Shown here one piece after another: positions 58,704 to 64,000 of a stretch of DNA of 64,000 bases; the stretch's first letter is position 1; each line of letters begins with the position of its first letter. The DNA is from Elsinoe ampelina (Eukaryota), in the NCBI GenBank assembly GCA_010093995.1, contig ML992510.1, positions 137,504 through 201,503 of the forward strand. The letters are read 5' to 3'. The notes beneath the pieces were generated by a model, which was not told the origin of the DNA, ran no database searches, and saw only the letters and a program-made list of their open reading frames with translations. The translations under genes were made by a program, and so were the position numbers.

Positions 58704-59429
58704 ATGACTGACAGAGCGCCACAGAACAGGCCATTCGTCAACCTGGTCGAGATTGTCAAGTCTCCTTGTGGTCAGATGGAGCTGCAATATTACGATGATG
58801 CCTTGGCGCCTGACGAGCTTACCGCCATGGAATTCATTGTTTTTGGTGCCGGGCTGAGTTCTGTACCTGGAACCCAAGGATGGGCATTGGCAGTTTGCAG
58901 TCCCGAGACTGACGGCAATGGCTGTGGTCTGAAAGAAATCGTCCGGTCAACGCCAGTCGCCCAGCTCCGCGAGCGACTATGGAGACTAGATGAATTCCAT
59001 GGCGACAGGGAGGCTCAGGACATGTACTGCGCGGAATTAAGGATGCTGCAGACTCGGGGTATTGTCCGGACTGGATTCGAGCCTGGCGTTGCTCGGTATG
59101 GTCTGACATTACAACGACGCCAGAATGCCCAGTACTGGCGGAAGTATGCGAAGGACCCTCGCTGGGACGTACCCGACGCTCGACCGCTTGCGATCGCACA
59201 AGGGCCGGCTGCGGATGAAGAGAAACGTAGGCGGAGATTCCAGCATGCCATGACCGGCCTCAGAGAGGAGCTGTTGCAGGCCACGCGGCAGGGTGATGTG
59301 CTCGCTGAAATCGCAGCCAGCCGCCAGATGAGGCGTGAGCAATTGGATTGGGGGTTTGACCTGGGCGGCAACCGTCTCGACCAGGCAACGCGGAATGCCC
59401 TGACGAGGTCGCTCGGCTTGAGTGGCTGA
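58704..59429 (+). CDS. Array member 9 (APDE subtype, most diverged)
   Basis: VKSPCGQMELQYYDDALAPDEL...LAVCSPET...LKEIVRSTPVAQLRERLWRL aligns with member 8 (TPCNRLKVQYYADILAPDE...LRSLVTTTPLASLRSALRSL). First in-frame ATG at 58704. Confidence 0.75.
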   Translation: MTDRAPQNRPFVNLVEIVKSPCGQMELQYYDDALAPDELTAMEFIVFGAGLSSVPGTQGWALAVCSPETDGNGCGLKEIVRSTPVAQLRERLWRLDEFHGDREAQDMYCAELRMLQTRGIVRTGFEPGVARYGLTLQRRQNAQYWRKYAKDPRWDVPDARPLAIAQGPAADEEKRRRRFQHAMTGLREELLQATRQGDVLAEIAASRQMRREQLDWGFDLGGNRLDQATRNALTRSLGLSG

Positions 59430-62400
59430 GTGAGGCTCGGTGGTAAGGGGCGAGGGTAAAGAGGCGTAGAGCAAGAAATCGCCAGTGGCGGGAAACGTCC
59501 ATTTTTGAAGGGAGCGACATCATCAAGATGATAGAACGCTAGGAGATCCTTCCATGAACAAGCGGTCTGGTCGGAAGGATAGAGCAGACATAGGCGCTTT
59601 GGTTACCAGCTGTAGATTTGTAAAGAGGAGTCGTTCTGCTTACTCGATGCATAGTCAAGAAAAGTAACATCATTTACCGCCCATATCAAGAGATGTGTTC
59701 GTTCCGACCTTCCTGTGGCAGACCACTCGTTCCTAATGCAGGCATGGCTGTTGTTATGGCCATGTGTTCTCTTCGGCCGACATGGCTATAGCAAAGATAG
59801 CGGTAGTCGGGTACTGATCCAAGGCGTCTATACGGACTATCGATTTGGATTGAACGCGGCGCGCGTGCAGGCAGCCGACATGTTCGAGAGTAATGCATCA
59901 GGATGCCCTCGGCGACATTGTTGATACGGCCATTGAGTAAGTAGGTCAGACACGAAGAGTGCTATTTTGCGAAGCCTTAGCAACATGGACGATCGACTCA
60001 GACTGGAGTAATCATGTGACGCATCACTAGATGGCTAAGAGGGCTTGTGTGCCTCCGAATCAATTCTCCAGGATTGTTGTCGTATCGAAATGACACCGGC
60101 GGGACCGGTCCATCGTTTGCGCCAAAAGTCGCGATGAGCCAGTACACCACAGACGGTTGGGAGAACGCATCGATCAAGCTGTACGTCGTACAGTAGCTTG
60201 TCAACGGTCACATGTTCCGTGTTGCAGATGGAATGGAGGAAAGATCCGGAGATGCTCATCAACGATCAACGTGAAGATCTGGAGATCTGGTGGCAGGGGT
60301 GTGGGACCGTCACATTGGACAACTCAGCACATCACGCGAAGTACACCCGAAGTCGTCTGGCGGCCGCTGGGTATCAGTGTCGGAGTGGTGAAGCGCAGGT
60401 GAGAAGAGGGGGTTTTAGGCCGTGGTCATGCTCTCAAAGTGTGCATGAAGAGGATGCAGCCACGCAGCGTCCAGACAAAGCGCCGTCCCCCCACGCACGA
60501 GTAGCTAGCTGCATGAGATTGCGTGTTTGCTCGGAAAAGCTCCTTTGAGCTATCCATCTGCAAGGGGCTTGTGCGACGACGTTGCTCGGGTGTGTAGATA
60601 GGTCACGTGGTGGCTGCGGAGGGTCCAGGGCTTGTTTGGGGGCAAAGCAACAACTCCTGCAATTCACGCGACCGTGGATCGCGAGTGACAGCTGGGCAGC
60701 CACCGTGCTTCATCACAACAAGCCCGAAATAGGTCTTTAGGATTTTCGTAGAGGTGGTAGAAGGGAAATTTTTCCTTCTCAACAAGTCGCGGTCCGAATA
60801 GCATAATGCTGGTGAAAGGGAATCTCAACAACGCGAGACGTGACCATGGCCGAAAATGCGGCCGGAACCAATAAATGTTATGTGAAAGCTGTGACGATTG
60901 AAATTTGAAAATTGGACAAATCGGGAAAGCCATTGAAGAACAACACAGAGCGTGGGGATTTTACTCTACTGTCGCGTCTCTAGCGTGCGGTATTTACGGA
61001 GACGTGGTAACGTTACCTCGCAGCGAGTCGCAGGTCATGTCACAGCGATCCGAAAAGTGCCCTGAGATGCGAAAATTCAATAGCATCTGCGACGGCCAAA
61101 GCCATGCATCAGAGACGATGCACCGCGGCCAAAGTCGGATGCACAGCATGCCCGCAATGACGATGTGCTGCTTCCAACCCTGTTTTGTGCACGGGGACAC
61201 ACAAGCAAGCCATGGACAAGCCATGCTGTCACTTGGACGGCCTCAAGGGCAACGCAAGCCGACATCATCGGTTCTGCCAGTTGACTCGTCGACGACCAAA
61301 GAGACCCTGGTAGTTTCCCTAGTTTCCACAGGTCCGACGGGCAAGCGCGGGATTATCCTGCAAGAGATCTCGAGTGTTAAGAGCATGTGATGGAGATACA
61401 GGCCGAAATGAACAAGTTCAGCGTGGGGACGCGGAAGCGGTACACGAACGGACAAGACAGATGAAAGGAACGTCGCGGTGAAATTGATATTGCTAGGCGA
61501 CTTGCTTACCGTGGGCGTGACATGAGGTGTAGCCCGAGACGAAGGGTCGTGTTCGAGGTCTCTGGTCAACAACAATAGTGCTGCAACGGGGCGAACTGTC
61601 CAGACCAGACCTGGGCTGCAGCTCGGCCAGCTGCCGAACAGTTGCAGCTACCGAAATTTGTGTGGGAGCGGTGAGCTGCAAGCAATCGCAGGAGGGTGGG
61701 TTGTGTGTGAGTGTGTGTGAGCCAGTGTGGGAGGCTTCTGAGCTTCTGAGTCGCGGACCAGACCAGCAGAGGCTCACCCAGATCGTGTACTGTGCTAGTT
61801 CGTATGCAAGAGAAAAGACCAGCCCGCCCATCGCCTTCGGAACTGTACATCTCTCTGGTATCCCGTCAGCACGACGTGGAAGACCACCTCTCTTGCTTAC
61901 ACGACCATTATTCCAGCATCTTCATTTCGAAACCTGTTGCTCGAAGCCTCTCTCGTCGATCCCTGTATGACGCTGATCTGAAATTCGAGTTCAGGGTTGC
62001 ACCGCCGCCATTCCCGTGACACATTTTTGGACTTGAGACGAACCAGAGGCAACGGAGAAAAACCCAGTTTCCCTGTCTCCAAAAGACTTGCCTTCGAAGC
62101 CGCCATCCCGGGTCCCCGTCAAAATACCGCACCACCCACCACCCCTCTGCCACTGCAAAATTCTCAATTTACTCCCTGCTAATTTCACAACAACACGTAC
62201 AAGCCTTCCACCACTTGCTGCATCCGTTACAGGATCACATCCAACACCGTAAAGGCCAGCGCCTCGAATCCTAGATCCCCCTGGCTCTGAAACCTAACAC
62301 GAACAACTGTCTGGCTGCCTCAGCTCGCGCGTCATAGCCACAGCCCACCACATCTACCTCTACCTCACTCGCCTCACATTACCCTTTCACTGCTGTACCT

Positions 62401-62659
62401 CTTCTGCGACCGTAACCAAAAGACCCTGTGTCGACCCTCGAATAACTCAAATCGGTCAACAACAGAGCATTCGTTTTCCGCGCTCCTATTCCTCACATCA
62501 CGTCACAAGATGCCTGGCTTGATATTATAACACGAGCTGGCCTTCGGGTCCAAGTTTTGCGCCGAGTAATACTCTGCAAGGACTGTCAATTCATACACCG
62601 CCTGTGTGCAAGAGCGCGCAGTCAATCACCCACCAATCTCATATACACACTTCGCAGCC

Positions 62660-64000
62660 ATGTTTGCGACACCACACACATCGAGTCAGGTCGCGGATGA
62701 CCTGACCCATGAGTCGGAAGAGCCTCCTGACGAAAAGCTGCACAGTATAGCAGGTCAACCTTTGGAACCCAACTTCGCCAAGGCAATCCCAAGGCGCGCC
62801 CTCTACACTAGGAGAGAGTCATTGCTCACGAAGCAACTGCACGCCAGCGAAGGCGAGTCGCATACTGAAGATGAGCGTTCGGAGTATCGCTCTACTGGTC
62901 GCGCCCTCTCTACTTCCAGCATGGCCGACCTCACCAGCGACAACGACATGACAAGCCCTGGTACTCGAGGCAGTTCTCCTAGTCCTACACTGCCACCGGC
63001 CCGGCTCACACTTGCAGTCCCGACGCTAGAGAAGCAAATTGTCAAGGAGCCAACCATTGTTGAACAAGACGAGAATTCGCCGGCCACTGCGGTCACGGAG
63101 AAGGCTGTCGAGACTGGTCTGGGCCGACGCCGCTGTATAACGTTCGCATGTGGAAGAAAGGCGTCAGAAACCAAAGAACCCATCAAGGCACCAGAGCTTT
63201 CGTCGCAAAACAAGACGCCTACTCCACCCAAACGCAAGTGCGCCATCACCTTTGCTTGCCCCACCAGAACCAAGCCTGCGACTGAGAAGCTCACTCTCAC
63301 CACTCGCCATGTCAGCCCGGCACCCAAGTCTCCAAGATCACCACGTGTGTTTAAGCAGCACCGCGGCTCTGAAAGCACTGTCACCAACTCATCTCCATCG
63401 ACACTCAAGAAGGTTCCGTCTGTCATCAGACGTCGCAACAAGTATGTTGACGATGCCGATGAAGACAAGCGCGAGGCAAAGCGCTTCCACGAATTTGCTA
63501 TCGATGCTCATGCCGACGATGAATGGACCGAGGAGATCACTTGCCATCGTAAGCGTTTGACAGTCAAGGACACCCTCTACAAAGAGAACGTCATTCGCCA
63601 AATCGGCGAAGAGTTTGAAGAGGAAGAGGGAGCAGAAGATGAGATCGATGAAGAGGCTATTCTGGACGAATTGGACGAGGAAGAGGGCGACTTGGACGAC
63701 GATGAAGACGATGAGGATGAGGACGACGAAGATGATGATCTGGACGACGGCGAAAGTGCTCGGGCTTCAGTCATGGCACAGGCCGGCGACACTATATCCG
63801 ATGGGGGTTTCGACACCGATGATGAGGAAGGTTTCGCCAACACATCCGAGAGTGAGGGCGACGACAGCGATTTCGAATGGTGGGCTCCTGGCCGCTCTAC
63901 TGCAGCTACCTCCACGGATGCTCTGGAACACATTCGTCCCGCCCACCACCGAAAGCTTTCCGACTCATCACTCGAGTCTGCTCGTGAAGCTAATGGTGCT
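62660..64000 (+). CDS. Conserved fungal protein, probably DUF2457 family; 3'-truncated by the window edge
   Basis: The frame is open from ATG 62660 to the end of the window (absent from the ORF track, presumably because it has no stop). RRESLLT, ITFAC twice, KRFHEFA...DDEW...LTVKDTLYKENVIRQIGEEFEEE, a long acidic tract, SDGGFDTDDEEGFA. Confidence 0.72.
   Translation, partial: MFATPHTSSQVADDLTHESEEPPDEKLHSIAGQPLEPNFAKAIPRRALYTRRESLLTKQLHASEGESHTEDERSEYRSTGRALSTSSMADLTSDNDMTSPGTRGSSPSPTLPPARLTLAVPTLEKQIVKEPTIVEQDENSPATAVTEKAVETGLGRRRCITFACGRKASETKEPIKAPELSSQNKTPTPPKRKCAITFACPTRTKPATEKLTLTTRHVSPAPKSPRSPRVFKQHRGSESTVTNSSPSTLKKVPSVIRRRNKYVDDADEDKREAKRFHEFAIDAHADDEWTEEITCHRKRLTVKDTLYKENVIRQIGEEFEEEEGAEDEIDEEAILDELDEEEGDLDDDEDDEDEDDEDDDLDDGESARASVMAQAGDTISDGGFDTDDEEGFANTSESEGDDSDFEWWAPGRSTAATSTDALEHIRPAHHRKLSDSSLESAREANGA

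Noticed and set aside
47141..59429. Transposon, Starship or endogenous virus explanation for the array
   Set aside because: I found no transposase, reverse transcriptase, integrase, tyrosine recombinase, capsid or polymerase motifs, and no LTRs or terminal inverted repeats. A remote viral origin of the domain would need a profile search to exclude.

Overview
Gene-dense eukaryotic DNA from a filamentous ascomycete (Pezizomycotina-type): short GT-AG introns with CTRAC branch sites and many divergent gene pairs. From 1 to 46 kb it is mostly conserved housekeeping genes: ankyrin protein (5'-truncated), QRI7, TGL/patatin lipase, NAD-binding dehydrogenase, FAD/NAD oxidoreductase, EMC7, PRE5, VPS55, Scc4/MAU2-like cohesin loader, EHT1/EEB1-like hydrolase, LOC1, VPS68, aspartic protease, ARMC8/Gid5, peroxisomal acyl-CoA synthetase, MARVEL protein, Zn2Cys6 factor, POB3, DCAF8-like WD40 protein, DPM2 and CWC22. 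That stretch also holds an internally deleted MFS transporter pseudogene. The standout region is 47.1-59.4 kb: a head-to-tail, all plus-strand array of about 9 highly diverged, apparently intronless paralogs of a family I cannot assign to any known domain. Seven look intact and two are decayed. They share (Q)Y[YW]xDxxxx[SD]E and a downstream HCRDP-like motif, and the central subgroup also ends in WxxxE..C..RGD. An ABM-like monooxygenase gene interrupts the array. Across the window, many 0.6-1 kb islands switch abruptly from C/A-rich to G/T-rich on the + strand regardless of gene orientation. The window ends inside a probable DUF2457-type gene. All product names come from motif recognition by eye; no database searches were run.
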